Shown here piece after piece: positions 27,891 through 38,202 of a stretch of 47,400 nucleotides of DNA. The notes below the pieces were generated by a model. That model worked only from the letters and a program-made list of their open reading frames with translations, was not told the origin of the DNA and ran no database searches. Within the stretch, counting starts at the first letter, position 1. Every line of letters begins with the position of its first letter. The DNA comes from Alphaproteobacteria bacterium (GTDB taxonomy: Bacteria; Pseudomonadota; Alphaproteobacteria; Caulobacterales; Caulobacteraceae). The stretch is taken from positions 1-47,400 of the forward strand of contig QBLX01000004.1 of assembly GCA_003241825.1 (NCBI GenBank), in the 5' to 3' direction. A program made the position numbers and the translations under genes.

Positions 27891-28616
27891 ATGGCCCGCG
27901 AAATCGTTCTTGATACTGAAACCACCGGCTTCGATCCCCGAACAGGTGACCGCCTGATTGAGGTCGGATGTATCGAAATCAATGACCTGCTGCCCACGGG
28001 GCGAACCTTTCACCGTTTCGTCAATCCCGAACGGCTGATCCCTGAAGATGCCATCCGGGTCCATGGGATCACTGACGACAAGGTCCGGGATGCTCCCCTG
28101 TTTTCCGCGATTGTCGCCGACCTGATGGAGTTTATCGGTGACGCCCCGGTGATCGCCCATAATGCCCAGTTCGATCGCAATTTCATTGATTACGAATGCG
28201 GCCGCTGTGGTCATGCGCTGCTGGCGGAAACCCGCTGGATAGACACCCTGAAGCTGGCTCAGACCCGGTTTCCGGGGATGCCGAACTCGCTGGATGCCTT
28301 GTGCAAGCGGTTCAAGGTCTCGCTCGTCGAGCGGAGCCTGCATGGAGCGTTGATCGACGCCCGGCTACTGGCGGAGGTGTATCTTGAATTGCGCGGCGGC
28401 AAGGAGCGGGTTCTGGACCTGACCAGCCGGCGCGGCGTCGAGGCGGCAACGGCCTTTGCAGCGACGGGCGGCCACCAGCCGCGAACAAGACTGCTTGCCG
28501 CACGATCGACCGATGAGGAACGCGCTGCCCACCAGGCCTTTTTGACGGCAACGCTGAAGGATCTCTCTCTCTGGGAGGGTTATGGCCTTTCGGTCGTATC
28601 GGATGAGGCGCGATAG
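27891..28616 (+). CDS. dnaQ: DNA polymerase III epsilon subunit
   Basis: DTETTG, AHNAQFD, HGALIDA DEDDh motifs. Confidence 0.96.
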   Translation: MAREIVLDTETTGFDPRTGDRLIEVGCIEINDLLPTGRTFHRFVNPERLIPEDAIRVHGITDDKVRDAPLFSAIVADLMEFIGDAPVIAHNAQFDRNFIDYECGRCGHALLAETRWIDTLKLAQTRFPGMPNSLDALCKRFKVSLVERSLHGALIDARLLAEVYLELRGGKERVLDLTSRRGVEAATAFAATGGHQPRTRLLAARSTDEERAAHQAFLTATLKDLSLWEGYGLSVVSDEAR

Positions 28617-30259
28617 ACAACCTCGCCGTCGACCACCGTCAGAACCGCCTTGCCCTTGAGGATGTCAGCTTCTGGCACAGACATCAGGTCGATGTCGAAG
28701 GCGGAGAAATCGGCGCGTTTGCCGACCTCGATCGTGCCAAGTTCGGTCTCACGGAAGCTGGCATAGGCGGGCCACAGGGTGAACATCTTCAATGCCGTCT
28801 GACGCGACACCGCCTCACGCGGACGCCAGTCAGGGCCCTGGAACCCGTCCAGACTCCGACGGGCCACGGCAGCATAGAACTCGATCAGGGGCGACCCCCG
28901 CTCGACCGGAGCATCCGAACCCCCGACAACGATGACTCCTCGGTCGACCAGGGTTTTCCAGGCATAGGCTCCGTCCAGGCGCGCGTCCCCGAGCCGGGCG
29001 GGGGCGAAGTAAAGATCCCCGATGGCGTGGCTGGGCTGCATGGAGGCGATGATAGGAAGGTCATCGAAATAATGGTAATCTGCGGGCCGCAGGATCTGGG
29101 CGTGTTCGATCCTCCAGCGGACGTCCTCGCCATTCGGACGCTCGGACGCCGGGATGGCCTCGAAGGCCTTGGCGAACCACTGCGCTACGGAGGCGTTGCC
29201 GCGATCACCGATGGCATGGGTCGCTACCTGTATCCCGCCACGCAGGGCCGCTTCGTAAAGCGGCAGGATGGTTGTCTCGTCGATCTGCATCAGGCCCGAC
29301 GTATCCGGTCGGTCCGAATAGGGTTCGAACAGTGCCGCACCCCGGGATCCGAGAGCACCATCGGCATAGTATTTGATCGCCCGCGTTATGATCCGGCCAT
29401 CCGAGGCGTTGCGGGGCCCCCCTGCGATCAACTGGGCTGCCCCGTCCGGAGTGATGGAATTGTAGACCCGGATAGGCGCCTGACCGGCTTCTGCCATCGC
29501 CTCCATCAAGGGCACATGGGACCATGGCGCGCTCATGAAATGTAGGCCGGTCCAGCCGTATTCGGCCTCGACCCGGAACCCGGCCCGATAGGCGTCATAG
29601 ACGGCCTGGGGGTCCTGCTGGGGCATCAGGCTCGCCACCAGTTGTTCCGCGGCGTCGACGAGCAGGCCGGTGGGTTGGCCGTCCGCAGCCTTCAGGATCT
29701 CGCCACCGGACGGAGTTACGGTGCTGGCCGTGATGCCGGCAGCCCGCAACGCGGCGCTCGAGACCACCACGGCATGACCGTCTGACCGGCCGAGCATGAC
29801 GATCCGGTCGGGTGCAGCAGCGTCGAGGTCGGCAGCAGTCAGGAAACGGGCTTCCGGCCACAGGGTTTCTATCCACCCCCGCCCGACAATCGTTCCGTCG
29901 GGGTGCGCCTCGGCCCAGGTCCTTAGCCGGGCCATCGCGTCGGCCACTGAGGTAGAACCTTCCAGGTTCAGCGTCAGTTCGCGCTGGCCGATCCCGTCCA
30001 GGTGGGCATGGCCGTCCGTAAAGCCCGGGAACAGGGTCGCTCCGGCCAGGTCAATGACAGGGATTTCTGGTGCAGCGAGGTCGGGCCGATCCTCGCCCAC
30101 ATAGGCGATCCGGCCATCCATGACGACGATGACTTCAGCAGACGGAGCAGCCTCGACGCCTGTGTGGATTGTGCCGCCGCGGATGACGAGGTCCTGCGCG
30201 ATGGCCGCAGATGCGGCACTGGTCAGCAACAGGGTCAGGACTGCGAGGGAAGGCTTCAT
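28580..30259 (-). CDS. Exported YtcJ-like amidohydrolase (Amidohydro_3)
   Basis: Signal peptide; PGFTDGHAH, KYYADGALGSRGA, HAIGD, RIEHAQ, GSDAP, GKRADF. Confidence 0.9.
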   Translation of the reverse strand: MKPSLAVLTLLLTSAASAAIAQDLVIRGGTIHTGVEAAPSAEVIVVMDGRIAYVGEDRPDLAAPEIPVIDLAGATLFPGFTDGHAHLDGIGQRELTLNLEGSTSVADAMARLRTWAEAHPDGTIVGRGWIETLWPEARFLTAADLDAAAPDRIVMLGRSDGHAVVVSSAALRAAGITASTVTPSGGEILKAADGQPTGLLVDAAEQLVASLMPQQDPQAVYDAYRAGFRVEAEYGWTGLHFMSAPWSHVPLMEAMAEAGQAPIRVYNSITPDGAAQLIAGGPRNASDGRIITRAIKYYADGALGSRGAALFEPYSDRPDTSGLMQIDETTILPLYEAALRGGIQVATHAIGDRGNASVAQWFAKAFEAIPASERPNGEDVRWRIEHAQILRPADYHYFDDLPIIASMQPSHAIGDLYFAPARLGDARLDGAYAWKTLVDRGVIVVGGSDAPVERGSPLIEFYAAVARRSLDGFQGPDWRPREAVSRQTALKMFTLWPAYASFRETELGTIEVGKRADFSAFDIDLMSVPEADILKGKAVLTVVDGEVVYRASSDTTERP

Positions 30260-30343
30260 GAAGGGACTCCGGAACGAAGCTAAGCGTTGGAGCGGGCTGT
30301 CCAAGACGTCAAGCGGTTCCCGCTTCGTGCGGTCCCGGACACA

Positions 30344-30369
30344 GGAACACCCTCGCTGGTCATGGCTTT
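30344..30369 (+). promoter_or_regulatory. Possible SigT/EcfG general-stress promoter of the ferritin-like gene
   Basis: GGAAC-N17-CTTT versus consensus GGAAC-N16/17-CGTT (one mismatch), about 40 bp upstream of the ATG. Confidence 0.35.
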
Positions 30370-30407
30370 TAGTCCGGCGCGAAGGGCGCGCATCAAAGGA
30401 AACGATC

Positions 30408-30908
30408 ATGGCCGACAAGACCCTAGACACCCTTTTCCACGACACCCTCAAGGACATCTACTACGCGGAGCGCAAGATTCTTAAGTCACTGCCGAAGATG
30501 ACTCGTGCGGCTCAGTCCCCGGAGCTGAAGGCAGCCTTCACCAAGCACAAGGAGCAGACCGAAGGGCAGATCGATCGTCTGCAACAGGTGTTCGAGATCA
30601 TCGGCAAACCCGCTCGTGGCAAGACCTGCGATGCCATTGAAGGCATCCTCGCAGAGGGCGAGGAGATCATGGATGAATACAAGGGTTCACCTGCCCTTGA
30701 CGCAGGCCTGCTAGCGGCCGCCCAGGCCGTCGAACACTACGAGATCACACGCTATGGCACGTTGAAGCGCTGGGCCCTCGTGCTCTGTCTGGAAGATGCT
30801 GCCAGGCTGCTGGATGAGACACTCCAGGAAGAGAGCCAGACGGACGAAGACCTGACCAGCATCGCGGATGCGTCTATCAACGCTGAAGCAATGAAGACCG
30901 CCGCCTGA
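30408..30908 (+). CDS. YciF/DUF892 ferritin-like stress protein
   Basis: LKDIYYAE, H..QT..QI.RL, CDAIEG...EG, AQAVEHYEI..YGTL, TLQEE..TD; AAGGA SD. Confidence 0.92.
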   Translation: MADKTLDTLFHDTLKDIYYAERKILKSLPKMTRAAQSPELKAAFTKHKEQTEGQIDRLQQVFEIIGKPARGKTCDAIEGILAEGEEIMDEYKGSPALDAGLLAAAQAVEHYEITRYGTLKRWALVLCLEDAARLLDETLQEESQTDEDLTSIADASINAEAMKTAA

Positions 30909-30915
30909 TGGCATC

Positions 30916-30954
30916 GGGTGCCCCGACTGCTTCCCAGCGAAGCGGGGGGCACCC
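30916..30954. terminator. GC-rich hairpin between the convergent ferritin-like gene and ccmB
   Basis: GGGTGCCCC/GGGGCACCC outer stem and GCTTC/GAAGC inner stem; U-tract is poor. Confidence 0.45.
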
Positions 30955-30960
30955 TTCGGG

Positions 30961-31626
30961 TCATCCCTGGGCGTTGCGAATTGCTGCAGCGCCAGCGATC
31001 GGGGCAATGGCACAGGCGAACAGGACATAGGCACCGAGCAGCGCAAGCGCCGGTAAGGGATCAAGGCTGGCAGCTGCCCGATCCAGCGCTCCAGCCCCGA
31101 ACACGACTGGCGGAATGAACAACGGCAGGACCACCACTGCGATCAGCAACCCTCCACGCTTTGCGCCAAGGGCAAGAGCCGCGCCAAGTGCGCCGGTGAA
31201 GGCAAATCCCAGACCCCCGATCAATGCGCCAAGCGCGGTCAACGGCAACAACTCGACTGGCTGACCGAGTGCCAGCGCGGCAACCGGTGCTGTCAGTGCC
31301 AGCGGCAGGCCCGTGGCCAGCCATTGGCTGAGGGCCTTGACGGTAAACACCGCTTCAAGGGGCAGCGGTCCTGTTGCCAGCAGGTCGAGGGCTCCGTCTT
31401 CCAGATCGCGTTCGAACAATCGTTCCAGCGACAACAGGCTCGCCAATGCGAGGGCTAGCCAGGCCACCCCGGATGCGACCGGCTTCAACACCGCCGGATC
31501 ACCCCCTGCCGCAAGTGGCAGGATCGCAGTCAGACAGGCGAAGAACCCGCAGGCCAACAACGGACCGCCACCACCGCCCCAGGCCAATGCGAGCTCCCGA
31601 CGAAACAGGGTCCGGACCGCCCTCAT
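30961..31626 (-). CDS. ccmB: Heme exporter protein CcmB
   Basis: LLSLERLFERDLEDGALDLL, LPLFIPPVVFG; hydrophobic; follows ccmA. Confidence 0.93.
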   Translation of the reverse strand: MRAVRTLFRRELALAWGGGGGPLLACGFFACLTAILPLAAGGDPAVLKPVASGVAWLALALASLLSLERLFERDLEDGALDLLATGPLPLEAVFTVKALSQWLATGLPLALTAPVAALALGQPVELLPLTALGALIGGLGFAFTGALGAALALGAKRGGLLIAVVVLPLFIPPVVFGAGALDRAAASLDPLPALALLGAYVLFACAIAPIAGAAAIRNAQG

Positions 31627-32258
31627 CGAACAGAGCCCAGATCAAGGGCGAGCGTAGGGATCGGTAAGGGATCATGCACCGCCGCAATGATCAGTCCGCC
31701 TCCATCGAGATGGGCCTGCATGATCTCGCCGACGGCCTCACGCCATCGGGAATCCAGCGGGCTCAGGGGTTCGTCCAGCAACCACAGGGCTCGGGGCGCA
31801 CCGATCAGCCGGGCCATGGCGAGACGGCGACGCTGCCCGGCCGAAAGTTTGCGGACTTCAAGGTCCAGCAACGGCTTCAAACCCAGGGTTTCGATCGCTT
31901 TTCTTATATCGGATGCGGAATCTAGGCCGGACCGGCCCAGCCAGTCCGACTGGAACATCAGCTCTTCGCGAGCCGTCCTGGCCCCCTTCAAGGCATCGAG
32001 ATGGCCGAGGTGATGAAGTTGATGTGCGCGCGCCAGACCCGGGTCGATGTCATTTCCGTCGATATCGTGAAACGTGATGCCTCCAGCCGTCGGGGCCAGG
32101 AAGCCGGAAATAGCCCGCAAAAGACTGGTCTTGCCTGAACCGTTAGCCCCGGTCAGGGCAACCGCCTGCCCAGCCTGAACCGTTAGTTCCAGATCGCGAA
32201 ACAGGCAGCGTTCCCCGCGCGTCAACATCAGCTCCGCTATGCCGAGCGTATGGATCAT
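31623..32258 (-). CDS. ccmA: Heme ABC exporter ATP-binding protein CcmA
   Basis: GANGSGKTS, LGHLDALK, LSAGQRRR, LWLLDEP. Confidence 0.93.
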   Translation of the reverse strand: MIHTLGIAELMLTRGERCLFRDLELTVQAGQAVALTGANGSGKTSLLRAISGFLAPTAGGITFHDIDGNDIDPGLARAHQLHHLGHLDALKGARTAREELMFQSDWLGRSGLDSASDIRKAIETLGLKPLLDLEVRKLSAGQRRRLAMARLIGAPRALWLLDEPLSPLDSRWREAVGEIMQAHLDGGGLIIAAVHDPLPIPTLALDLGSVR

Positions 32259-32451
32259 CGGGAGATGCGACCCGTTCTCAATGTCCTCGCCGGCGACAGG
32301 GGTACATGGACGCCAGCGTCACGGCGCACTATGAACCCCACAGCCGCAGCAGGCTCTCTGCGCGCGCGCCATGGACCTGTGTGCCCTGGCGTTCGTCGCG
32401 CGAGGGCGCAACCGGATGGTCGGGCGGCGTACATCAGAGGAAGACTCTCCC

Positions 32452-35145
32452 ATGCCGTCGATTGACAGCCTCAAGACCCGCCAGGATCTCTCCGTCGGGC
32501 GCAAGAAATACGCCTTCTACAGTCTTCCGGCCGCCGAGGAAGCGGGTCTGACCGGGATTTCCCGCCTGCCGCGCTCGATGAAGGTGCTGCTGGAGAATCT
32601 GCTGCGCAATGAGGACGGTGTTTCCGTCACCGAGGCTGACCTGAAAGCGGTCGCCGCCTGGATCGAAAACAAGGGTTCCGTCGAGCACGAGATCGCCTTC
32701 CGTCCGGCGCGCGTCCTGATGCAGGACTTCACTGGCGTTCCCGCCGTCGTCGATCTGGCCGCCATGCGCGATGCCATGTCGGCCCTGGGTGCCGATGCCG
32801 CCAAGATCAATCCGCTGGTACCGGTTGACCTGGTTATCGATCACTCGGTGATGGTCGATAATTTTGGCACAGCCGCGGCCTTCGGCCAGAACGTAGAGCG
32901 TGAATACGAGCGCAACATCGAACGCTATAATTTTCTGCGCTGGGGTTCGTCGGCCTTCAACAATTTCCGCGTCGTGCCCCCCGGCACGGGCATCTGCCAC
33001 CAGGTGAACCTCGAGCACCTGGCTCAGACGGTCTGGACGCTGGATGAGGGCAAGAAGACGGTCGCCTTTCCAGACACGGTCGTCGGAACAGACTCCCACA
33101 CCACCATGATCAACGGCCTGGCCGTGCTGGGCTGGGGCGTGGGGGGGATCGAGGCCGAGGCAGCCATGCTGGGTCAGCCCATTCCAATGCTGATCCCCGA
33201 AGTGATCGGGTTCAAGCTGACGGGTGCCATGCCCGAGGGCACGACGGCCACCGATCTGGTGTTGACGGTCACCCAGTTGCTTCGCAAAAAGGGCGTGGTC
33301 GGCAAATTCGTCGAGTTCTTCGGTGACGCCCTGCCGAACATGACGATCGAAGATCAGGCCACTATCGCAAACATGGCTCCCGAATACGGCGCCACCTGCG
33401 GCTTCTTCCCGGTTTCGCAGGCCACGATCGATTATCTGACGGCGACCGGTCGCGACAAGGCGCGTGTCGCCCTGGTCAAGGCCTATGCCGAGGCCCAAGG
33501 CCTGTGGATCGACGCCAATTCCGAAGATCCTGTCTTCACCGACGTGCTGGAACTGGACATCTCGACTGTCGTGCCTTCGCTGGCTGGCCCGAAACGTCCG
33601 CAGGACAAGGTCGAGCTGTCAACCGCCGCAGCGCAGTTCGAAGCCGCGCTGGGCGACGTCTTCAACCGCGCTTCGGATGCCGGACGCTTCCCGGTCGAAG
33701 GCCATGACTTCACCATCGGCGATGGTGACGTCGTCATCGCGGCCATCACTTCCTGCACCAACACTTCCAATCCCTCGGTACTGATCGCCGCCGGTCTGGT
33801 GGCGCGCAAGGCGCATGCGCTGGGGATGACGGTCAAGCCTTGGGTGAAGACCTCGCTCGCACCCGGCTCGCAGGTCGTGACCGACTATCTGACGGACGCG
33901 GGGCTTCAGGCTGACCTTGATGCCCTGGGCTTCAACCTGGTGGGCTACGGCTGCACGACCTGTATCGGCAACTCGGGTCCCCTGGATCCGGCGATCTCGA
34001 AGTCCATCAACGACAATGCCATCGTTGCCACCAGCGTCCTGTCGGGCAACCGCAATTTCGAAGGTCGCGTGAACCCGGACGTCCAGGCCAACTATCTCGC
34101 TTCGCCGCCGCTGGTCGTTGCCTATGCCCTGGCAGGATCGATGCGCATCGACATCACCACCGAGCCGCTCGGCCAGGACCGCAACGGCAAGGACGTCTTC
34201 CTGAAGGACATCTGGCCGACTTCGGCCGAGATCGCCAAGATCCAGAAGAAGTCGGTCACTCCCGCCATGTTCGCCAAACGCTATGCCGACGTCTTCAAGG
34301 GCGATGCGCACTGGCAGGCGATCCAGGTCACGGGCGGACAGACCTATGCCTGGGACGAAACATCGACCTATGTCGCCAATCCCCCGTATTTCGAGGGGCT
34401 GTCGATGGAGCCGACCCCGGTCACCGACATCGTTGAAGGCCGGGTGCTCGCAATCTTCGGTGACTCGATCACCACCGACCACATCTCGCCGGCCGGTTCG
34501 ATCAAGACGACATCGCCCGCGGGGGTCTATCTGAACGGCCGGGGCGTCGAATCGGCCGAGTTCAACTCTTACGGTGCGCGCCGTGGTCATCACGAGGTGA
34601 TGATGCGCGGCACCTTTGCCAACATCCGCATCCGCAACAAGATCACGCCCGAGATCGAAGGCGGCGTCACGCGGCATTTCCCGTCGCAGGACACCATGTC
34701 CATCTATGACGCGGCCATGCGCTACCAGTCGGAAGGCCGTCCGCTCGTTGTCTTTGCCGGCAAGGAATATGGAACCGGCTCGTCGCGCGACTGGGCAGCC
34801 AAGGGCACCCGCCTGCTGGGCGTCCGCGCCGTCATCGCCGAGAGCTACGAGCGTATCCACCGTTCCAATCTGGTCGGGATGGGCGTGGTGCCGCTGCAGT
34901 TCAAGGCTGACGGCTGGCAGAAACTCAACCTGACCGGCGAAGAGATCGTGACCATCCGCGGCCTGTCCGACGTCAACGTCGGTCGCCTGCGTCCACGTCA
35001 GGACCTGTGGGTCGAACTGTTCCGCCCGTCGGATGGCAAGATGGCCCGTTTCCCGGTCCGTTGCCGGATCGATAACCAGACCGAGCTCGACTACTTCAAG
35101 GCCGGGGGCGTGATGCCCTACGTCCTGCGTAACCTGGCCAGCTAG
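32452..35145 (+). CDS. acnA: Aconitate hydratase A
   Basis: [52 protein letters not shown]; start set at MPSIDSLK after GAGGA. Confidence 0.97.
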   Translation: MPSIDSLKTRQDLSVGRKKYAFYSLPAAEEAGLTGISRLPRSMKVLLENLLRNEDGVSVTEADLKAVAAWIENKGSVEHEIAFRPARVLMQDFTGVPAVVDLAAMRDAMSALGADAAKINPLVPVDLVIDHSVMVDNFGTAAAFGQNVEREYERNIERYNFLRWGSSAFNNFRVVPPGTGICHQVNLEHLAQTVWTLDEGKKTVAFPDTVVGTDSHTTMINGLAVLGWGVGGIEAEAAMLGQPIPMLIPEVIGFKLTGAMPEGTTATDLVLTVTQLLRKKGVVGKFVEFFGDALPNMTIEDQATIANMAPEYGATCGFFPVSQATIDYLTATGRDKARVALVKAYAEAQGLWIDANSEDPVFTDVLELDISTVVPSLAGPKRPQDKVELSTAAAQFEAALGDVFNRASDAGRFPVEGHDFTIGDGDVVIAAITSCTNTSNPSVLIAAGLVARKAHALGMTVKPWVKTSLAPGSQVVTDYLTDAGLQADLDALGFNLVGYGCTTCIGNSGPLDPAISKSINDNAIVATSVLSGNRNFEGRVNPDVQANYLASPPLVVAYALAGSMRIDITTEPLGQDRNGKDVFLKDIWPTSAEIAKIQKKSVTPAMFAKRYADVFKGDAHWQAIQVTGGQTYAWDETSTYVANPPYFEGLSMEPTPVTDIVEGRVLAIFGDSITTDHISPAGSIKTTSPAGVYLNGRGVESAEFNSYGARRGHHEVMMRGTFANIRIRNKITPEIEGGVTRHFPSQDTMSIYDAAMRYQSEGRPLVVFAGKEYGTGSSRDWAAKGTRLLGVRAVIAESYERIHRSNLVGMGVVPLQFKADGWQKLNLTGEEIVTIRGLSDVNVGRLRPRQDLWVELFRPSDGKMARFPVRCRIDNQTELDYFKAGGVMPYVLRNLAS

Positions 35146-35156
35146 GCCATAAGGAC

Positions 35157-35199
35157 AGGGGTTTCGGAGTCCAGGTCTTGGACGGCGAAACCCCTTTTC
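35157..35199 (+). terminator. Intrinsic terminator after acnA
   Basis: AGGGGTTTCG...GTCCA/TGGAC...CGAAACCCCT followed by TTTC. Confidence 0.7.
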
Positions 35200-38061
35200 T
35201 CACTCCAGAAAAGCCTTCGTCAGATCGATCGCCTCGACCAGCGTCATGCGCTGGACCTCGGCCCCTGGCGGCAGGCTGGCAAACAGCCGTGTCGGCGTTG
35301 CAGCGTCCAGCATGACGAAAACCCCCTTGTCATCGGCGCGACGGATAAGGCGTCCGAAGGCCTGGGCGATGCGGGCGCGAGCCAGACTGTCGTCGTAGCC
35401 CCGGCCAGCCGCAGCTGCGCCCCCGAACTTCTCACGCCTCGCCCGGTGCAGGATGTCGGGTCGCGGCCAGGGCACACGGTCGAAGGCCAGCATGCGAAGC
35501 GATCGCCCCGGCACATCCACGCCATCGCGTACCGCATCGGTTCCCAGCAGGCAGCTGTCCTGTTCGGCCCGGAAGATGTCGACCAGGGCCCCGACCTCCA
35601 GCGGATCGACGTGCTGGGCGTAGAGCGGATAGCCCGCCTTTGCGAGCTCCGGCCCCAGCCGCTCATAGACCGCCTTCAGTCTCCGGATGGCCGTGAACAG
35701 GCCCAGCCCTCCGCCGCCTGCCGCCAGGAACAGCTCACGCATGGCCGCCGCTGTCTGGCGCGGGTCGTCCTTGCCGACATCGGTGACGACGATGACCCGG
35801 CTGTGGTTGGCATAGTCGAAGGGACTCTCGACCTTGAGGGTTCGAGGCGGCTCGATCAGCCGGCTGGCACCGGTGCGCATCCGGGCCATGTCGAAGGGGT
35901 CGTCTGACAGCGGGTCTGACAGGGTTGCGCTCGTCACCAGCACGCCATGGGCGGGCAGGATCACGGCGGCCTCAAGCGGCACGGTCGGGTCGATCCAGTG
36001 GCGACGCAGGGCAACGTCATGGATCCGCCCAAAGGCCGTCTCGACCGACAGCCAGTCGACGAAATCCGGATCGGGCTGATCACCGCCGTCCTGAAGTGCG
36101 GCCAGCATCGACCGCCAGCCCGGCAGGGTCATGCGGGCCCGGCGGTCGAGGCCCCGCAGGGCCCCCTCGATCCGGGCGCGTGCCGAACCGTCAAGGTCCG
36201 CCGCCTCGTCGTCCAGAATATCCTCCAGATGGCGGGCGAGAGCGAGCAGCGGTGCCTCGACGGCCGCGATGGCGTGGGCGGCTGCCCGGGCGGTTTCCAG
36301 CAAGGGCTCGGTCGCCGGGCGAACTGCGCATTCGGTGCCAAACTCCGAACTTGCAGATGACGCGGCCTCCGAGGTCCGCGCGCGAATCTGTTCGAGCGCA
36401 GCCATCAGGAACTGTTCAATCGGCCCGACCGGGTTTACCTCGCCAGAGGGTGGTGCGATCCGCCCCGAGATGCCTTCTCCAGGGAAGGCAGCGGCGGCCC
36501 GAACGGCGTCGTTCAGGGACTTCTGGGCGGCCTCGTTATCGGCGCACAGGTCGCCCAGTCGCTGCTCCAGACCTCGACCGCGCCGTCCCCGTCCTTCGGG
36601 CCCCCGGATCCATCTCCGGAGTTCGGCTGCTTCCTGGCCCGACAGACAGGCCGAGAAGGCACTGTCGGCCGCATCGAACAGATGATGTCCCTCGTCAAAC
36701 ACGATCCTCTTCAGGGCAGCGGTTTCGCCATCCTGTTTCAGGCCCCGCGCCGACCTTGCGCCGTCAAAGGCCGCCTGGGTCATGACGAGGGCATGATTGG
36801 CAACCACCAGATCGGCTCGACGGCTCGCACGAATTGTCTTCTCGACGAAACACGTCCTGTAATGCGGACAGGCCGCATGGACACATTCCCCCCGCCGGTC
36901 GACCAGATTGGCCGCCGACGCCTGCTGGCTGGCCGGAGTGGCAAACAGCCCAGGCAGCCAGCCGGGAAAGTCGCCACCCGTCATGTCGCCATCGCGCGAA
37001 TGCAGGGCCCAGCGGCTGGTCAGGGCCAGTCCGATCAGATCGCCATTTCCCAGTTGCGCCGCCTGGACCATGTCCTGCAGGTTCAGCAGACAGAGGTAGT
37101 TTTCACGCCCCTTGCGGACCACGGTCTTGACCTTGCGCACGGCGGGATCGGGCCAGAGGGCCTGGCTCTCGCGATCGATCTGGCGCTGCAGGGCACGGGT
37201 ATAGGTCGAGACCCACGCGGCTCCCTGATTCCGTTCGGCCCAGATGGAGGCAGGGGCCAGATACCCCAGGGTCTTGCCCGTTCCGGTACCTGCCTCGGCC
37301 AGGAGCACGCGCGGTCGACCTTCCTCGTTGCGTGGCGAGAAGGCGAAGGCGACCTCGGCGGCATAGTCGGACTGTGTCGGGCGGGTTTCGTCGAGGCCGG
37401 ACGCTTCAAGTAATTTCGCCAGCCGGATTCGCGCGGACTCGGAGTCGACCGGGGATGACCCGGCATCTCCGCGCGGGGCCTCGTCTTCCCACTCTGGCAG
37501 ACGGGACCAGGCATCGAGACCCGAACCTCGCTCGCGCCTGGGCTTCAACGGCTGGGACTCCAGCGCCTGAACCACGCGCGATGCCCAGGCCCAGCCGCCA
37601 CGCTGAAGCGTCCCTGCAAGGGTGTAGGCCTCCTCCCGGCCTGGATAGGCCGGATCGACCAGTTCGCGCAGCAGGGTCTCTGCCGCATTGCGGAGGGCCG
37701 CAGCCTGTTCCTCCGCCCCCTTCGGCTCGGCCTGACCGAGCGCCAGCGCCAGCCCGCTGGGCGAAGGTGCGCAGAACCGGGCCGGTCGCACGAAGGCGTG
37801 AAGTTCCAGCACATCCATCAGGTCCGGAGACCGGGCCGGGGGCGACAGGCCAAGACGTCGCGCCGTCAGCGACGCATGGGCCACCATTACCGGGCCGGTG
37901 GTGAAGACGCCTTCCGCCGCTCCGCGACCGATCTTGCGGGGGCCCTCGTCGTCGCACACCGCGCCCGCTCCGGGCGGTACGGCCAGAGCCGGTGGCAGGG
38001 CCCGCCAAGGTTCGGCACCACTCTGGACCACTGTCGTTACAAGGAGGGATTCGTCAGACAC
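35200..38061 (-). CDS. DinG/XPD-family Fe-S ATP-dependent DNA helicase
   Basis: EAGTGTGKT, KGRENYLC plus C-x4-C-x5-C (four Fe-S Cys), DEGHH, TSATL, DGVDVPG, QAFGRLIR; start is GTG 38061 or TTG 38067. Confidence 0.93.
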   Translation of the reverse strand: MSDESLLVTTVVQSGAEPWRALPPALAVPPGAGAVCDDEGPRKIGRGAAEGVFTTGPVMVAHASLTARRLGLSPPARSPDLMDVLELHAFVRPARFCAPSPSGLALALGQAEPKGAEEQAAALRNAAETLLRELVDPAYPGREEAYTLAGTLQRGGWAWASRVVQALESQPLKPRRERGSGLDAWSRLPEWEDEAPRGDAGSSPVDSESARIRLAKLLEASGLDETRPTQSDYAAEVAFAFSPRNEEGRPRVLLAEAGTGTGKTLGYLAPASIWAERNQGAAWVSTYTRALQRQIDRESQALWPDPAVRKVKTVVRKGRENYLCLLNLQDMVQAAQLGNGDLIGLALTSRWALHSRDGDMTGGDFPGWLPGLFATPASQQASAANLVDRRGECVHAACPHYRTCFVEKTIRASRRADLVVANHALVMTQAAFDGARSARGLKQDGETAALKRIVFDEGHHLFDAADSAFSACLSGQEAAELRRWIRGPEGRGRRGRGLEQRLGDLCADNEAAQKSLNDAVRAAAAFPGEGISGRIAPPSGEVNPVGPIEQFLMAALEQIRARTSEAASSASSEFGTECAVRPATEPLLETARAAAHAIAAVEAPLLALARHLEDILDDEAADLDGSARARIEGALRGLDRRARMTLPGWRSMLAALQDGGDQPDPDFVDWLSVETAFGRIHDVALRRHWIDPTVPLEAAVILPAHGVLVTSATLSDPLSDDPFDMARMRTGASRLIEPPRTLKVESPFDYANHSRVIVVTDVGKDDPRQTAAAMRELFLAAGGGGLGLFTAIRRLKAVYERLGPELAKAGYPLYAQHVDPLEVGALVDIFRAEQDSCLLGTDAVRDGVDVPGRSLRMLAFDRVPWPRPDILHRARREKFGGAAAAGRGYDDSLARARIAQAFGRLIRRADDKGVFVMLDAATPTRLFASLPPGAEVQRMTLVEAIDLTKAFLE

Positions 38062-38088
38062 AGACAACAGATAGCGGTTTGCGGCCCG

Positions 38089-38103
38089 AAACGGAACGGG
38101 AAC
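38089..38103 (-). promoter_or_regulatory. Candidate LexA (SOS) box
   Basis: Minus strand GTTC-CCGTTCC-GTTT versus the alphaproteobacterial consensus GTTC-N7-GTTC (one mismatch). Confidence 0.5.
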
Positions 38104-38202
38104 ATCTGGTCAGCAGAGCTCGGCATCCCTATCCTTGGTCCGGTCCTGTCGGGATGACAGCCGCTACCATCGATCGCCGACCCTGTTTCGCGACATGGGG
38201 AC

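Noticed and set aside
30120-30457. Apparent long head-to-head overlap of the amidohydrolase and ferritin-like ORFs
   Set aside because: Artefact of longest-ORF calling; the SD-supported starts are 30259 (-) and 30408 (+).
35200-38061. DinG as a type IV CRISPR-associated CasDinG
   Set aside because: No CRISPR array or cas genes are present; the context is core chromosome beside acnA.
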